From an uncultured SAR86 cluster bacterium (GTDB taxonomy: Bacteria > Pseudomonadota > Gammaproteobacteria > Magnimaribacterales > D2472): 64,000 nt of DNA. Of the stretch, positions 45,429 to 56,857 are shown in pieces. Position numbers and translations under genes: made by a program. The stretch is from assembly GCA_902541245.1 (NCBI GenBank), contig CACBPT010000002.1:11197-75196 (forward strand), in the 5' to 3' direction. Each line of letters opens with the position of its first letter. The first letter of the stretch is position 1. Below the pieces are notes generated by a model. It was not told the DNA's origin. It saw only the letters and a list, made by a program, of their open reading frames with translations, and did not search any database.

Positions 45429-47256
45429 TAATTAAGCTCTTTAAAACTTCAATTGCAACTGGTCCAGCAACAGCTCCTCCGCTTTCACCATTCTCAATCA
45501 CAACTGAGACAGCATATCTTGGGTTTGGCATTGGACCAAAGGCAATAATAATAGAGTGATCTCTCAATAATTCTGAGGTTCTTACTTCTTGATAAGCTTC
45601 CTTGCTGTCCAAACTAACTAGCTCTGCTGTTCCAGATTTTCCAGCTACTTGAAATTCCTTGAGATCACGAATACTTCTTGCAGTTCCAAAATCACTCTCA
45701 ATAACGCCAAGCAGGGCTTGATGCATTTTGATCCAATCTGAATCATCAAATCTATCATCCTCCCAAATTTTTAAAGGTTTTGTTTTATTCTCAAGTCTTA
45801 CAATAGAGGGCTCAATAAATCTTCCTTTTTTAGCAATAAGAGATGCGTAGTTCGCTAATTGCATAGGTGTTGCTAATAAATAGCCCTGTCCTATACCTAA
45901 ATTAACTGTATCACCTTTAACCCAACCTGCATTCATGACGCTGTATTTCCATTCAGGAGTGGGAACTAATGCTTGATCCTCATCATAACAATCAAAGCAT
46001 ACTTTTTGCCCAAAACCGAGGCTAAATAAATGATTAGACAATTCCTCGATATCAGCTTGGTATGCTAATGAGTAGAAGTAAGTATTTGAACTTACCAAAA
46101 ATGCTTTATGCATATTTACTTTTCCATGACCACCCCTACGCCAACCTCTAAAAACCCTACCTGTCTCTGGTAGCGTAAAAAATCCTGGATCTTTTATCTC
46201 AAAATCCCAATTAACAATATTATTTGATAATCCATACATGCCAATTGCAGGTTTAATAGTTGATGCTGGCGGATATCTTCCTTGCAAAGCTCTATTAAAA
46301 AAAGGTTTGTCAGAATTATTAACTAAAGTTTGAAAATCATCCTCATTCATTCCATTTGATAACTGATTTATTGAATAAGTTGGAGAGCTATATAAAACGT
46401 TAATACCTCCAGAATCTAAGTCTATAGCAACGACTGCACCTCTTCTGTTGCCAAGGAATTTTGCAGCACTTTTTTGAGCTTCAATATCTAAATTTGTATA
46501 CAAGTCAGAACCTTGTAAAGGCTTAGTAAGAGAGATTGATTGAACCAGTTTTCCTCTAGAATTTATTTCATATACTCTTTTACCATGACTTCCACTTAGA
46601 TGATCTTCATATATCTCTTCCAATCCTGTACGACCCTTTATAAGACCATGTGCGTAAACTAATTCAGCATCTCTCCAATTACTTCGAGGAATTTCAGGCA
46701 TTGATTTAAATTCATCCTCAGTTCTTGAGGTATATCCTAAGACGTGTGAAAAAATATTAGGATATTCACTCATTCTTCTATAACGCTTAGCTATGAATGC
46801 ATTTTGAAAATTAAAACCCCTTACATTAAATCTAGCAATTTCTTCTTCAGAAAGATCTTTTTTTAAAACTAATTCTTTATTCACAAATGCTTTTTCTTGT
46901 TCAAGTTTTTTATACTGATATCTATCTGATTCAGATAAAAAAATTACAGGTTGAATCTCATCTAGAAAAGAATCTATGTCAGCAATTTGATTAGGCCTTG
47001 TAATTAAATCAAAAGTTGGTTCATTTTTAATAAGAGCTTTGCCATCTCTATCAAAAATCTCCCCCCTAAGAGCTTGGACAGGAACTATATAATTTTTATT
47101 TTTTAATGCTGCAAGCTGATAATCGTTATATCCAGATATTTGTAAAACAAAAACTTGAACGAGAACTGCAGTTAGACTTAAAACCACAATTCCAAAAAGC
47201 AATATCGCCCTTGAAGAAAAATTATTTTTTTCGATTTGTCTTTCTTCAAAAATCAT
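45421..47256 (-). CDS. mrdA: Penicillin-binding protein 2
   Basis: RGEIFDR, YPPASTIK, SSN and GKSGTA. Confidence 0.95.
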   Translation of the reverse strand: MIFEERQIEKNNFSSRAILLFGIVVLSLTAVLVQVFVLQISGYNDYQLAALKNKNYIVPVQALRGEIFDRDGKALIKNEPTFDLITRPNQIADIDSFLDEIQPVIFLSESDRYQYKKLEQEKAFVNKELVLKKDLSEEEIARFNVRGFNFQNAFIAKRYRRMSEYPNIFSHVLGYTSRTEDEFKSMPEIPRSNWRDAELVYAHGLIKGRTGLEEIYEDHLSGSHGKRVYEINSRGKLVQSISLTKPLQGSDLYTNLDIEAQKSAAKFLGNRRGAVVAIDLDSGGINVLYSSPTYSINQLSNGMNEDDFQTLVNNSDKPFFNRALQGRYPPASTIKPAIGMYGLSNNIVNWDFEIKDPGFFTLPETGRVFRGWRRGGHGKVNMHKAFLVSSNTYFYSLAYQADIEELSNHLFSLGFGQKVCFDCYDEDQALVPTPEWKYSVMNAGWVKGDTVNLGIGQGYLLATPMQLANYASLIAKKGRFIEPSIVRLENKTKPLKIWEDDRFDDSDWIKMHQALLGVIESDFGTARSIRDLKEFQVAGKSGTAELVSLDSKEAYQEVRTSELLRDHSIIIAFGPMPNPRYAVSVVIENGESGGAVAGPVAIEVLKSLIND

Positions 47257-47720
47257 TATTTATGGTATGGATGATTTCTGTGAATCGAACTTGCTCTGTA
47301 AATTTGTTCCATTAAAAATATTTTAAAAAGTCTGTGAGGAAAAGTTAACTCAGAGGCTGATAAAATTAATTGTGATGTTGCGAACAATTTTTTTGATACT
47401 CCATGAGCACCACCAATGATAAAGTTAATATTTATTCCATGATCAATTTTATCTTGTAAAAGGGTTGCGAATCCAAGGCTATTGATCTTTTGCCCTATTC
47501 TATCCCACAAAATTATATATGAATCAGTATCGAGTAGTTTAACAATTTCTCCTCTCTCAGCCTCTAATATTGACTCTTTATCTAAATTTTTAGACGATAA
47601 GGGCTTAATCTCAACAAAAGAAATTTTCAAGTTTGAGGGAATTCGTTTTGAATAAAATTGAAGAGCCTGCTTTTCCCAATCAGTTAGCTTATGACTGATA
47701 CTTATTATTTTGCATTTCAT
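47256..47720 (-). CDS. rlmH: 23S rRNA methyltransferase RlmH
   Basis: FIIGGAHG, LTFPH, EQIYRA and HPYHK. Confidence 0.95.
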   Translation of the reverse strand: MKCKIISISHKLTDWEKQALQFYSKRIPSNLKISFVEIKPLSSKNLDKESILEAERGEIVKLLDTDSYIILWDRIGQKINSLGFATLLQDKIDHGININFIIGGAHGVSKKLFATSQLILSASELTFPHRLFKIFLMEQIYRASSIHRNHPYHK

Positions 47721-48055
47721 TATGCAGAAGCGAGAGTTTTTTCACCCCACAAACTTTCTAAATCATAAAATTCACGAGTGTCTTTTTGCATTATATTTAC
47801 AACAACATCTCCACAATCAACCAATATCCACTCACATTCATCTTGGCCTTCTATACCAACTAATTTTCGCTGATGAAGTTTAATAGATTCTATTAATTTA
47901 TTAGCAATTGCTTTAGCATTTCTTGAAGATGATGCCGTGGAAATGATTAACCAATCAGCAAAAACTGATGTATCTCGAATATCTAAGATGAGAATGTTCT
48001 GAGCTTTTAAATCATTCAGAGCGTCAACACAAATTGTTTTTAAATCAGAGTCCAT
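47720..48055 (-). CDS. rsfS: Ribosome silencing factor RsfS
   Basis: DLKAQNI, WILVDCGDVVV and REFYDLESLW. Confidence 0.95.
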   Translation of the reverse strand: MDSDLKTICVDALNDLKAQNILILDIRDTSVFADWLIISTASSSRNAKAIANKLIESIKLHQRKLVGIEGQDECEWILVDCGDVVVNIMQKDTREFYDLESLWGEKTLASA

Positions 48056-48217
48056 AGATATTTATCACCTTGTAGTGTGTTGTAAGATTTTTTAAAATTA
48101 GTTTTAATTTTTTACGTCCTAGATTAATTATCAGAATATCTAACTTAATTGAAGAAATCTATAAAATATTTCTAATTTATATACTCGTTCAATCAATCTT
48201 TTGATTAAGATACATAA

Positions 48218-48652
48218 ATGTATTTAATTAATTCTTTTATCCAGTGGTTTGCTGATCATCCCGAGGTCCTTATTGGTATGGGGATATCCTCTATTTTTAT
48301 TTTTTTGATCAGTATTTTGGGGATTAGTTGGTTTGTTGCTCAAATACCTGAGGACTATTTTCTAAAATCAAAAAGACAACCCTCTAAATGGAAAGAACAA
48401 AAACCAATCCTTAGATTTGTAGTCGTGTTTGGAAAAAATCTAATTGGGCTCTCTCTAATTATTGGAGGTCTATTAATGCTAGTTTTACCTGGCCAAGGTT
48501 TGCTCACGATAGTCACTGGATTATTATTGGTCAACTATCCAGGTAAATATAAGTTGGAACAAAAACTCTCTTCAATACCTTCTATATTTAGTGCATTAAA
48601 TTGGATAAGAGTGAAGGCAAAAAAACCTCCTCTTCAAAGAAAAGCTTCTTAA
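48218..48652 (+). CDS. PGPGW-like transmembrane protein
   Basis: IPEDYF and KNLIG...MLVLPGQGLLTI; about 3 TM segments. Confidence 0.75.
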   Translation: MYLINSFIQWFADHPEVLIGMGISSIFIFLISILGISWFVAQIPEDYFLKSKRQPSKWKEQKPILRFVVVFGKNLIGLSLIIGGLLMLVLPGQGLLTIVTGLLLVNYPGKYKLEQKLSSIPSIFSALNWIRVKAKKPPLQRKAS

Positions 48653-48712
48653 TAATAAAATGAGATAAATTTATTCATAGACAAATAAAAAATTAAATTC
48701 AGGAGATCTGAG

Positions 48713-49720
48713 ATGGCAGTAAAAAATAGAAAATGGATTTTAAAAGATAGACCTTCGGGCTTGGTGAAAGATTCTGATTTTGAACTTGTTACTGAGGTGC
48801 TCCCAAAAATTAACAAAGGCGAAATACTCCTTGAAAATCTATATCTTTCTTTTGATCCAACTCAAAGAGGTTGGTTGAATGATATGCCTGGGTATCTTCC
48901 GCCTGTTCAGATTGGCGAAGTTATTCGATCTGGTGGAATAGGTAGAGTGATAGATTCTAATAACCCAGAGTACAAAATTGGTGACCTAACCTTTGGTTTA
49001 ATAGGTTGGCAAACTCATTGTCTTATAAAACCTAATGTAGATGAAAGATTCAGGGTAGTTCCTGATTTATTGCCTATTCCTACAATGTTAAATGTTTTGG
49101 GTTCAACTGGTATAACCGCATACTATGGATTAATTGAGCTTGGAAAACCAAAATCTGGAGAAACAGTTTTAGTATCTGGAGCGGCGGGTGCTACAGGCTC
49201 TGTTGTTGTTCAGATTGCAAAATTAAAAGGATGTCATGTCATAGGGATTGCAGGAGGTAAAGAAAAATGTGATTGGCTGAAAGATATTGGTGTCGATGAA
49301 GTTATTGACTATAAAAATTCTGATGTCCATAAAGAATTACCAAAAGTGGTTGAAAATGGAATTGACATATATTTTGATAACGTTGGCGGAAAAATATTGG
49401 AAACTGTTCTTGAATTAATCAATATAAATGCTCGTGTTCTGTTGTGCGGAGGAATTTCATCCGGATATGATGCAACCAGACCAGCTGATGGTCCAAACAA
49501 CCTATTTTCATTGATTATAAAGAGGGCAAAAATGCAAGGATTTTTGGTTCTAGATTATTTACCCAAATCTGAAAAAGCCCTAGAAGAAATTGCAACCTGG
49601 GTTATGGAAGGAAAACTCAAGCATAGAGAAGATATTCAAAAAGGAATTGAAAATTGTCCACAAACTTTAAATAGACTCTTTACTGGAGAGAATAAAGGGA
49701 AGCAGTTGCTTAAAATTTAA
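48713..49720 (+). CDS. NADP-dependent oxidoreductase (PTGR/CurA-like MDR family)
   Basis: LSFDP, TAYYGL, VSGAAGATGS, YFDNVGG and GENKGK; SD AGGAG. Confidence 0.92.
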   Translation: MAVKNRKWILKDRPSGLVKDSDFELVTEVLPKINKGEILLENLYLSFDPTQRGWLNDMPGYLPPVQIGEVIRSGGIGRVIDSNNPEYKIGDLTFGLIGWQTHCLIKPNVDERFRVVPDLLPIPTMLNVLGSTGITAYYGLIELGKPKSGETVLVSGAAGATGSVVVQIAKLKGCHVIGIAGGKEKCDWLKDIGVDEVIDYKNSDVHKELPKVVENGIDIYFDNVGGKILETVLELININARVLLCGGISSGYDATRPADGPNNLFSLIIKRAKMQGFLVLDYLPKSEKALEEIATWVMEGKLKHREDIQKGIENCPQTLNRLFTGENKGKQLLKI

Positions 49721-50316
49721 GAAGAGTTTTCTGAAATTTTGTTTACTATTTTGGCAAGCATATTCATCCTTTGAGACGCATCAAAAGCCTCAAGCAAAGA
49801 CTGTTTTTGAATCGGAGTAATGGGAATTAGCCCAGCTAATTGATAACTAACAGATTCTGCTGACAGCAGATCAATTTCTAAAGGCAAAGATTTTACTTGA
49901 GGGTGCTCTTTAAGCTGACTAAGGACATTAATTAGCTCGGGAAATTGAGCTAAAACTGCTTGATCATCGACTTTAGGCTCAGTTATGGGAGAAATACAGG
50001 CATAATGAAGCCCTGATTCAAGTTGCTCCACTGATTTTATAGAAACTTTTTGACATCCTTTGACAGTAATTCCTAGCAATCCATTAGGCAATTGATTAAA
50101 GTCAATTATTTCAACAAAAGTTCCCTGCGACATAAGACTTTCACCAGATTGATTATTTGTACTCAAAGTGATGACAAAGCCAGTGTCAGTTTTCATACAA
50201 TTTTTTACCATTGAAAGATATCTAGGCTCGAAGATTTGAAGTGTTTGTATTGTTCCTGGTAAAACAACTAATCCCAACGGGAAAACTGGAAGTTTATTTG
50301 CTTTTGATGAGTTCAA
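49717..50316 (-). CDS. Lon substrate-binding (N-terminal) domain protein
   Basis: LPVFPL, LQIFEPRY and QKQSLLE; no ATPase or protease domain. Confidence 0.88.
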   Translation of the reverse strand: MNSSKANKLPVFPLGLVVLPGTIQTLQIFEPRYLSMVKNCMKTDTGFVITLSTNNQSGESLMSQGTFVEIIDFNQLPNGLLGITVKGCQKVSIKSVEQLESGLHYACISPITEPKVDDQAVLAQFPELINVLSQLKEHPQVKSLPLEIDLLSAESVSYQLAGLIPITPIQKQSLLEAFDASQRMNMLAKIVNKISENSS

Positions 50317-51595
50317 TTATTGGCTCCGATATTTTTTTACTATCTTTATTACTCATAATTAGAATAACATCAAAATTATCTATTTCCTCTTTTAAATCTT
50401 CCAATAATAGCTTAATTGAATCATACTCAAATTCCTGATTTTTTTTACCTGATAAATTGAGCCAGTAAGATTTTTCCAGAGCAGAAGTGGTGTCATAAAG
50501 TTCTTGCCCATGATATCCCTGCGACATAGTATTTGAAGCCAGCTCAATGATGCCAATTATTCTCTTAGAAGAAAAACAACTTACAGCAGCTTGAACTGTA
50601 TGAAGTATTGCGGTGGGATGATGAGCAAAATCATCTATAACTTGTTTGTTATCATTTTGAAATACTGTTTCAAATCTTCTTTTCACTCCTTTTGATTTTG
50701 TTAGAGCTGAAAAAGAGTCTTTTGGATGAATGCCGTATAAGAAAGCAGCATACATAGCCATGACCGCATTGCTTAGGTTGTGATAACCATGCATTGGAAG
50801 ATCAACAATATTATATTTTTCGGAATCATATTTGATTACGCCCTCCTCGATTGCAAGCTGTATATTTTCTTTATCGCCTATTTGATGCAAGTTTGACCAA
50901 CAACCCATATCTATTAGTTTTAAAATATTTTTATCTTTGCCATGAAATAAAATGTGACCATTTTCTGGAACTGTTCTCACTGCATGATGAAATTGTTTCA
51001 GGATATCTGATAAGTCTTCAAATATGTCCGCATGATCAAATTCAATATTATTTATGATGAAAGTATGAGGATGATAGTGGATGAATTTTGAACGCTTATC
51101 AAAAAAGGCTGAATCATATTCATCGGCTTCAACGACAAAAAAATTAGATGATCCAAGGCGTGCAGAATTTTTAAATGACTCGCTAACACCTCCAACCAAA
51201 AATCCAACATCAATGCCTCTAGCTTTAAAAATTTCACAAATTAAAAAAGATGTAGAGGTTTTGCCATGTGTTCCGGATACAGCAATTATTGTTTTATCTT
51301 GAATAATCTCCCCCAATATTTTTGGACCCGAAGTATACTCAAGCTTGTGATTGAGGATATGTTCGACAGACGGATTACCTCTGCTTAATGCATTACCAAT
51401 TACATAAAGGTCGGCAGCAGGCAAATCAGATTCTTCATAACCCATCACCATATCTACACCTAAGGAATCAAGCTGATCTGACATCGGAGGATAAAATTGC
51501 TTATCACTTCCAGAAACTGAATGCCCTTTTTCAACAAGAATCTGAGCAAGGCCCCCCATGAAGGTGCCACAAATGCCTAAAATATGAATTTTCAT
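50294..51595 (-). CDS. mpl: Murein peptide ligase Mpl; start revised to MKIHILG
   Basis: HILGICGTFMG, YPPMS, GTHGKT, EADEYDSAFFDK and DDFAHHPTAI. Confidence 0.94.
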   Translation of the reverse strand: MKIHILGICGTFMGGLAQILVEKGHSVSGSDKQFYPPMSDQLDSLGVDMVMGYEESDLPAADLYVIGNALSRGNPSVEHILNHKLEYTSGPKILGEIIQDKTIIAVSGTHGKTSTSFLICEIFKARGIDVGFLVGGVSESFKNSARLGSSNFFVVEADEYDSAFFDKRSKFIHYHPHTFIINNIEFDHADIFEDLSDILKQFHHAVRTVPENGHILFHGKDKNILKLIDMGCWSNLHQIGDKENIQLAIEEGVIKYDSEKYNIVDLPMHGYHNLSNAVMAMYAAFLYGIHPKDSFSALTKSKGVKRRFETVFQNDNKQVIDDFAHHPTAILHTVQAAVSCFSSKRIIGIIELASNTMSQGYHGQELYDTTSALEKSYWLNLSGKKNQEFEYDSIKLLLEDLKEEIDNFDVILIMSNKDSKKISEPIIELIKSK

Positions 51596-51655
51596 TTTTA
51601 AATATTTATCGGTAACATTTGTTACCATAGACTATATTAATTATTTTATAAACTA

Positions 51656-52897
51656 ATGAAAAAAAATGCCTTTTACGCTCAATCAGGTGGTGTTACATCA
51701 GTTATTAATGCCTCTGCCAGTGCAGTAATTTTAGAAGCAAGAAAATCTCAGAAAATTGGAAAGGTTTTTGCCGCTAAAAATGGTATCCTTGGTGCTTTGA
51801 AAGAAGAGTTAATTGATACATCAAAAGAATCAAAAAAATTTATTGAAAGTCTTCAATTTCGACCTGGAGGAGTATTTGGTTCTTGCAGGTATAAATTAAA
51901 AGATATTGATGAAAATATAGAGGAATATGAAAGATTAATAGAAGTTTTCAAGGCTCACGATATCAGTTATTTTTTTTACAATGGAGGGAATGATTCTGCG
52001 GATACCGCCCTCAAAATTTCACAAATTAGCGATACACTTAACTATCCTCTTCAATGTATTGCAATACCAAAAACTGTTGATAATGATCTTGCGGTTACCG
52101 ATTGTTGTCCAGGGTTTGGTTCGGTTGCTAAATACGTTGTTACTTCAACCATTGAAGCAGCATTAGACGTTGAATCAATGTGTGAGACTTCAACTAAAGT
52201 TTTTATTCTTGAAGTTATGGGTAGGCATGCGGGCTGGATCGCTGGATCAAGTTGCCTTGCTCAAAAAAGTTACCCTAACGCTCCACATATTATCCTTCTT
52301 CCTGAAGTTAATTTTAATCAACTAAAGTTTTTAGCAAAAGTAAAAGAAATGGTTAAAAAAAATGGCTTTTGTGTGATTGTTGCATCGGAAGGAGTTAAAG
52401 ATTCTAAAGGAAAATTTCTAGCTGAGTCAGGCTCGGTAGATGCATTTGGTCACAGTCAACTTGGAGGTGTTGCACCTTATTTGGCAGGTTTAATTACTAA
52501 GAAGTTAAAGATTAAAAATCATTGGGCTGTAGCTGATTATCTTCAACGAAGTGCAACTCACCTATCATCTGAGTTGGATAGGTCACACGCATATGAAGTA
52601 GGCAAAAAAGCAGTTGAATACGCTGTAAAAGGATTAAATGGAGTTATGCCAATAATTAAAAGAAAAAGTTCATCTCCTTATAAATGGGAGATTGTTTCAG
52701 CACCTCTGTCCAAAATTGCAAATGTTGAAAAAAAACTCCCTGCAAGATTTATTTCAGCTGATGGATTTGGTATGACAAATAAAGCACGACAATATTTTGA
52801 GCCTTTGATTGGAGGAAAATCTAAGGTAATAAATAATGTAAATTATCAAGCTGGAAAAATGGAAATGGTCCCAAAAAAATTAAATGCCTGGAGATAA
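51656..52897 (+). CDS. pfp: 6-phosphofructokinase, PPi-dependent signature
   Basis: AQSGG, GGNDS, IPKTVDND and EVMGRHAGW. Confidence 0.88.
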   Translation: MKKNAFYAQSGGVTSVINASASAVILEARKSQKIGKVFAAKNGILGALKEELIDTSKESKKFIESLQFRPGGVFGSCRYKLKDIDENIEEYERLIEVFKAHDISYFFYNGGNDSADTALKISQISDTLNYPLQCIAIPKTVDNDLAVTDCCPGFGSVAKYVVTSTIEAALDVESMCETSTKVFILEVMGRHAGWIAGSSCLAQKSYPNAPHIILLPEVNFNQLKFLAKVKEMVKKNGFCVIVASEGVKDSKGKFLAESGSVDAFGHSQLGGVAPYLAGLITKKLKIKNHWAVADYLQRSATHLSSELDRSHAYEVGKKAVEYAVKGLNGVMPIIKRKSSSPYKWEIVSAPLSKIANVEKKLPARFISADGFGMTNKARQYFEPLIGGKSKVINNVNYQAGKMEMVPKKLNAWR

Positions 52898-53371
52898 AGC
52901 ATTTAGATGATTTATGATCCTTTTTAATTCGTTTTTCAAAATTGTTTTATCTTCATCATTTAAAAAAGAGCCAAAATAAAAACGCCTGCCCTTTGATTGA
53001 AAACAAAATTCATCAGAATTGTATTGGTTCTTTTCTACTTCAAGGACAACAAAACTTCTATATTCTTCCCAAGTTTTTTCTTTAATTAGCCTGCCCCTCT
53101 CTAATTTAATTTTTTCATTTGAAATATAAACAACTTCTTTTTGTTGACTCCAACGAAAACTAATATAAAAACAAGTTAATACTATTATTACCTCTAATCC
53201 TGCAAAGGGAAGAATTAATCCAGCGCCCATTATGAAAAAAAATACTCCAATGGATAAACATATGAAGGCCAAACTGCCTAAAAAAATTACTCTATTCCAC
53301 CCTCTCAATGAATAATTGGGAGAAATCTCAATTAAAAAATTATTTTCTGTGGTTTCTTGAATCTTAATCAT
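52880..53371 (-). CDS. DUF2244-like membrane protein
   Basis: PNxSL, two TM with ILPFAGLE, and FGSFLNxEDK. Confidence 0.8.
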   Translation of the reverse strand: MIKIQETTENNFLIEISPNYSLRGWNRVIFLGSLAFICLSIGVFFFIMGAGLILPFAGLEVIIVLTCFYISFRWSQQKEVVYISNEKIKLERGRLIKEKTWEEYRSFVVLEVEKNQYNSDEFCFQSKGRRFYFGSFLNDEDKTILKNELKRIINHLNALSPGI

Positions 53372-54589
53372 ATTACAATGATGCCTATTATGGTCACTCG
53401 AACAGATTTTAACCGATATATGATGCCGACATACAATCCGGCATCTTTTATACCATCAAAAGCTAAAGGCTCCTTGGTGTGGGATAAAAAAAATAAAAAA
53501 TACATAGACTTTGCTTCTGGAATTGCAGTTTCTAGCTTGGGGCATTGTCATCCAGAACTGAATAAAGCATTAGTCGATCAATCAAAAAAAATGTGGCATC
53601 TTTCCAATGTTTTAATGAATGAGCCAGCAATAAGATTGGCTAAAATTTTTTGCAAACATACCTTTGCAGAAAAAGTCTTTTTTGCTAATTCTGGTGCAGA
53701 GGCAGTTGAAGGCGCAATTAAAACTGCTAGAAAATTTGCATATGAAAATATAAGTAAAAAGAAAAATGGAATAGTATCCTTCTCCGATGCTTTTCATGGT
53801 CGAACCATGATGGCAATTGCCCTGAATGGATCTGAGAGATTTGTTAAAGGCTTTGGACCAATGCCAGGTGGAATCAAAAATCATCCTTTTAATGAAACGA
53901 AGAATTTAGAAAAGGCAATTACAAAAAACACTGCGGCAGTAATCATAGAACTAGTTCAAGGTGAAGCTGGAATCATTAAAGCAAAAAAAGACTTCATTCA
54001 AAAGATTAAAAAGCTATGCAAAGAAAATAAAGTTCTAATAATCGTGGATGAAGTTCAATCAGGGGCTGGAAGAACAGGAACCTTGTTTGCTTATGAACAA
54101 TTTGGCGTTAAGCCAGATATCATGTGCTGCGCCAAAGGTATTGGTGGAGGAATTCCAATTGCAGCTGTCTTAACTACAACTAAAATAGCCAAAAGCATGG
54201 AAATAGGATCCCATGGAACTACATTTGGGGGTAATCCACTAGCATGTGCAGTAGCTGAAAAAGTAATGACTCTGCTTACAAAAAAAATGTTACTAAATGG
54301 TGTTAAGAAAAAAGAAAAAATCTTTTTAAGAGAATTACAGAGTATCAACAAAGATCATAAGTGTTTTAGTGCCATTAGAAGTTCTGGGCTTTGGATAGGT
54401 TGTAAATTAAACGTTACAGAAAATTTTAATTTAGATACTGTAATGAGAGCCTGTTATGAAAACGGCCTAATGATACTTAAAGCAAATGATAATACTATTA
54501 GAATAGCGCCAAGCCTTATTATTGCTGATAGTTTAATCTTAAAAGGATTGAAAATTTTGAGAACTGTTATTCAGGAGCAGCATCCTTAG
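53357..54589 (+). CDS. argD: Acetylornithine/succinylornithine aminotransferase (true start probably MVTR at 53390)
   Basis: NSGAEA, FHGRT, DEVQSG, AKGIGGG and HGTTFGGNP. Confidence 0.88.
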   Translation: MNLNHITMMPIMVTRTDFNRYMMPTYNPASFIPSKAKGSLVWDKKNKKYIDFASGIAVSSLGHCHPELNKALVDQSKKMWHLSNVLMNEPAIRLAKIFCKHTFAEKVFFANSGAEAVEGAIKTARKFAYENISKKKNGIVSFSDAFHGRTMMAIALNGSERFVKGFGPMPGGIKNHPFNETKNLEKAITKNTAAVIIELVQGEAGIIKAKKDFIQKIKKLCKENKVLIIVDEVQSGAGRTGTLFAYEQFGVKPDIMCCAKGIGGGIPIAAVLTTTKIAKSMEIGSHGTTFGGNPLACAVAEKVMTLLTKKMLLNGVKKKEKIFLRELQSINKDHKCFSAIRSSGLWIGCKLNVTENFNLDTVMRACYENGLMILKANDNTIRIAPSLIIADSLILKGLKILRTVIQEQHP

Positions 54590-56855
54590 TTTTTTCTATC
54601 TCTTCCAGCTTGATCATTCCATTATATCCTGTTGGCAGCACTCTACCTCGCTTTGCTCTAGAGGTAATGTACTCCTCCAGCTCTTTAATCGTCCAAGTTT
54701 TACCTCCAGTTTTTCCTTCATGATAAATATGAAGTTTACTATCCTCAGCTAAGCAGCAAACATCCATCATAAATTCAGACTTTTCTTTGAAAGCTTTAGT
54801 TGAGATGCTGATTAATTTATTTCCCCTTCCTTTTGGCAAAACAGGCAATTCCTCAATTGGAAAAATTAACATTTTATTACTGACTTTGCCTTTATTGTCC
54901 TGCGTCGAAAAAGTTGCAGCAACAAATTTATGATTATCATTAATTGTAACTGGAGAGATAACATTAGATCCTTCCGGAACCCTCATAAATTGCTTACCTT
55001 TTTTTTGATTAGAAATTGCATTAGATAGAGTGCTTATAAAACCAAATCCAGCAGAATTAGAAATTAATATTTTTGAATCATCTGTTCCAATTGCCACGCC
55101 TTCAAAAGTAACTCCTGATTCAGAAATAACCCGCCCAGTTATAGGCTCTCCCATGCCTCTTGCAGATGGCAAGGAGTGTGCCTGCAATGAATAAGCCTTA
55201 CCGCCTGAATCAAAAAACACAGCTGTTTGATTATTTCTTCCTTTAGCAAAATGTTGTAATTTATCATCTCCTCTGTATGTAAGATTGCTTGCTTCGACAT
55301 CATGTCCTTTAGCAGATCTGATCCAACCCGCCTCTGATAAAATGATTGTTACAGCTTCTGATGTAACCATTTCTTCTTCTGAGAATGCTTTAGCATCTGA
55401 AGAAGACTCAATTGGAGCATTTCTTTCATCTCCAAATTTATTTTTAATTTCTTTAAGCTCTCTTTTAATGTAAGTTTTTAACCTAGCTTTGGATTTTATA
55501 ATTTTCTCAAGCTCTGCTCGTTCCTTTTCTAGCTCATACCTTTCTTCCTCAAGCTTAATTTGCTCAAGCTTTGCTAACTGTCTGAGCCGTATTTCTAAAA
55601 TAGCATTGGTTTGGATCTCTGAAATTTTAAAAATTTTCATTAATTCTTTTTTTGGATCATCACTATTTCTTATAATCTTTATCACCTTGTCAAGATCAAA
55701 ATATACAATTAATAAACCCTCTAATACATGAATTCTGTCATCTACTTGATCAAGCCTATGTTCCAATTTCCTTAAAACTGTTTGCTGTCTGAATTTCAGC
55801 CATTCTGAAACTAGATCTTTAAGTGCAAAGACTCTTGGGGAACCTTTTAAACTTATTAAATTGATGTTTACGCGGTAATTTTTTTGCAGATCGGTTGTTG
55901 CATAAAGATGATTCATAACTTCAGAGGCACTAATTCTGTTAGATTTTAATGAGATGACTAGCCTTACAGGCTCTTTATGATCTCCTTCATCCCTCAAATC
56001 AACTACCATTGGCAGTTTCTTTTTTTGCATTTGATCTGCAATTTGTTCTAGAATTTTTGATCCAGAAGCTTGATGTGGCAATGCTCTGACAATAATGTCA
56101 TTACCCTCAGACTCCCAATGAGCTCTCACTTTAAAGCCACCCCTCCCAGTTTCATACATTTCTTTTAGCTCTTCTGACGAAACAATGATTGGAGCAGGAT
56201 TGCTAAAATCAGGACCCTTAATAAATTTTAATAAATCTTTCGTGCTTGATTTTGGATGATCTAAAACATGAATGGCAGCATCAAGCACTTCATTTAAATT
56301 ATGAGAAGGAATGTCAGTCGCCATTCCAACAGCTATTCCAGTAGTTCCATTTAATAAAATACTTGGTATCTTTGCTGGCAATAAAGTTGGCTCCAATAAA
56401 GAACCATCAAAATTAGGTTGCCAGTCTACAGTACCTAGTTTTAACTCCGACAGAAGTAAGTCAGCAAATCCAGTAAGTTTTGATTCTGTATAACGCATTG
56501 CTGCAAAAGACTTTGGGTCATCTTGGGTACCCCAATTTCCTTGTCCATCCACAAGGGGGTATCTAAAAGAAAAATGCTGCGCCATCAAGACCATTGCCTC
56601 ATAAGCAGCGCTGTCTCCATGAGGATGGAATTTGCCTATGACATCTCCAACAGTCCTTGCAGATTTTTTATATTTTGAACTTGCATTCAAACCTAATTCA
56701 CTCATAGCATATAAAATTCTTCTTTGAACAGGTTTCATGCCGTCCCCAATGTGCGGCAATGCACGATCTAAAATGACATACATTGAATAGTTTAAATATG
56801 ATTCCTCAGCGTAATCTTTAAGGCTTATTGAACTGAGGTTTTTATTAATGTTCAT
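54567..56855 (-). CDS. parC: DNA topoisomerase IV subunit A
   Basis: [21 protein letters not shown] and FAAMRYTE. Confidence 0.97.
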   Translation of the reverse strand: MNINKNLSSISLKDYAEESYLNYSMYVILDRALPHIGDGMKPVQRRILYAMSELGLNASSKYKKSARTVGDVIGKFHPHGDSAAYEAMVLMAQHFSFRYPLVDGQGNWGTQDDPKSFAAMRYTESKLTGFADLLLSELKLGTVDWQPNFDGSLLEPTLLPAKIPSILLNGTTGIAVGMATDIPSHNLNEVLDAAIHVLDHPKSSTKDLLKFIKGPDFSNPAPIIVSSEELKEMYETGRGGFKVRAHWESEGNDIIVRALPHQASGSKILEQIADQMQKKKLPMVVDLRDEGDHKEPVRLVISLKSNRISASEVMNHLYATTDLQKNYRVNINLISLKGSPRVFALKDLVSEWLKFRQQTVLRKLEHRLDQVDDRIHVLEGLLIVYFDLDKVIKIIRNSDDPKKELMKIFKISEIQTNAILEIRLRQLAKLEQIKLEEERYELEKERAELEKIIKSKARLKTYIKRELKEIKNKFGDERNAPIESSSDAKAFSEEEMVTSEAVTIILSEAGWIRSAKGHDVEASNLTYRGDDKLQHFAKGRNNQTAVFFDSGGKAYSLQAHSLPSARGMGEPITGRVISESGVTFEGVAIGTDDSKILISNSAGFGFISTLSNAISNQKKGKQFMRVPEGSNVISPVTINDNHKFVAATFSTQDNKGKVSNKMLIFPIEELPVLPKGRGNKLISISTKAFKEKSEFMMDVCCLAEDSKLHIYHEGKTGGKTWTIKELEEYITSRAKRGRVLPTGYNGMIKLEEIEKTKDAAPE

Positions 56856-56857
56856 AA

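Noticed and set aside
48056-48217. Possible nadD remnant or sRNA upstream of rsfS
   Set aside because: No recognisable coding remnant or stable hairpin; consistent with divergent promoter DNA.
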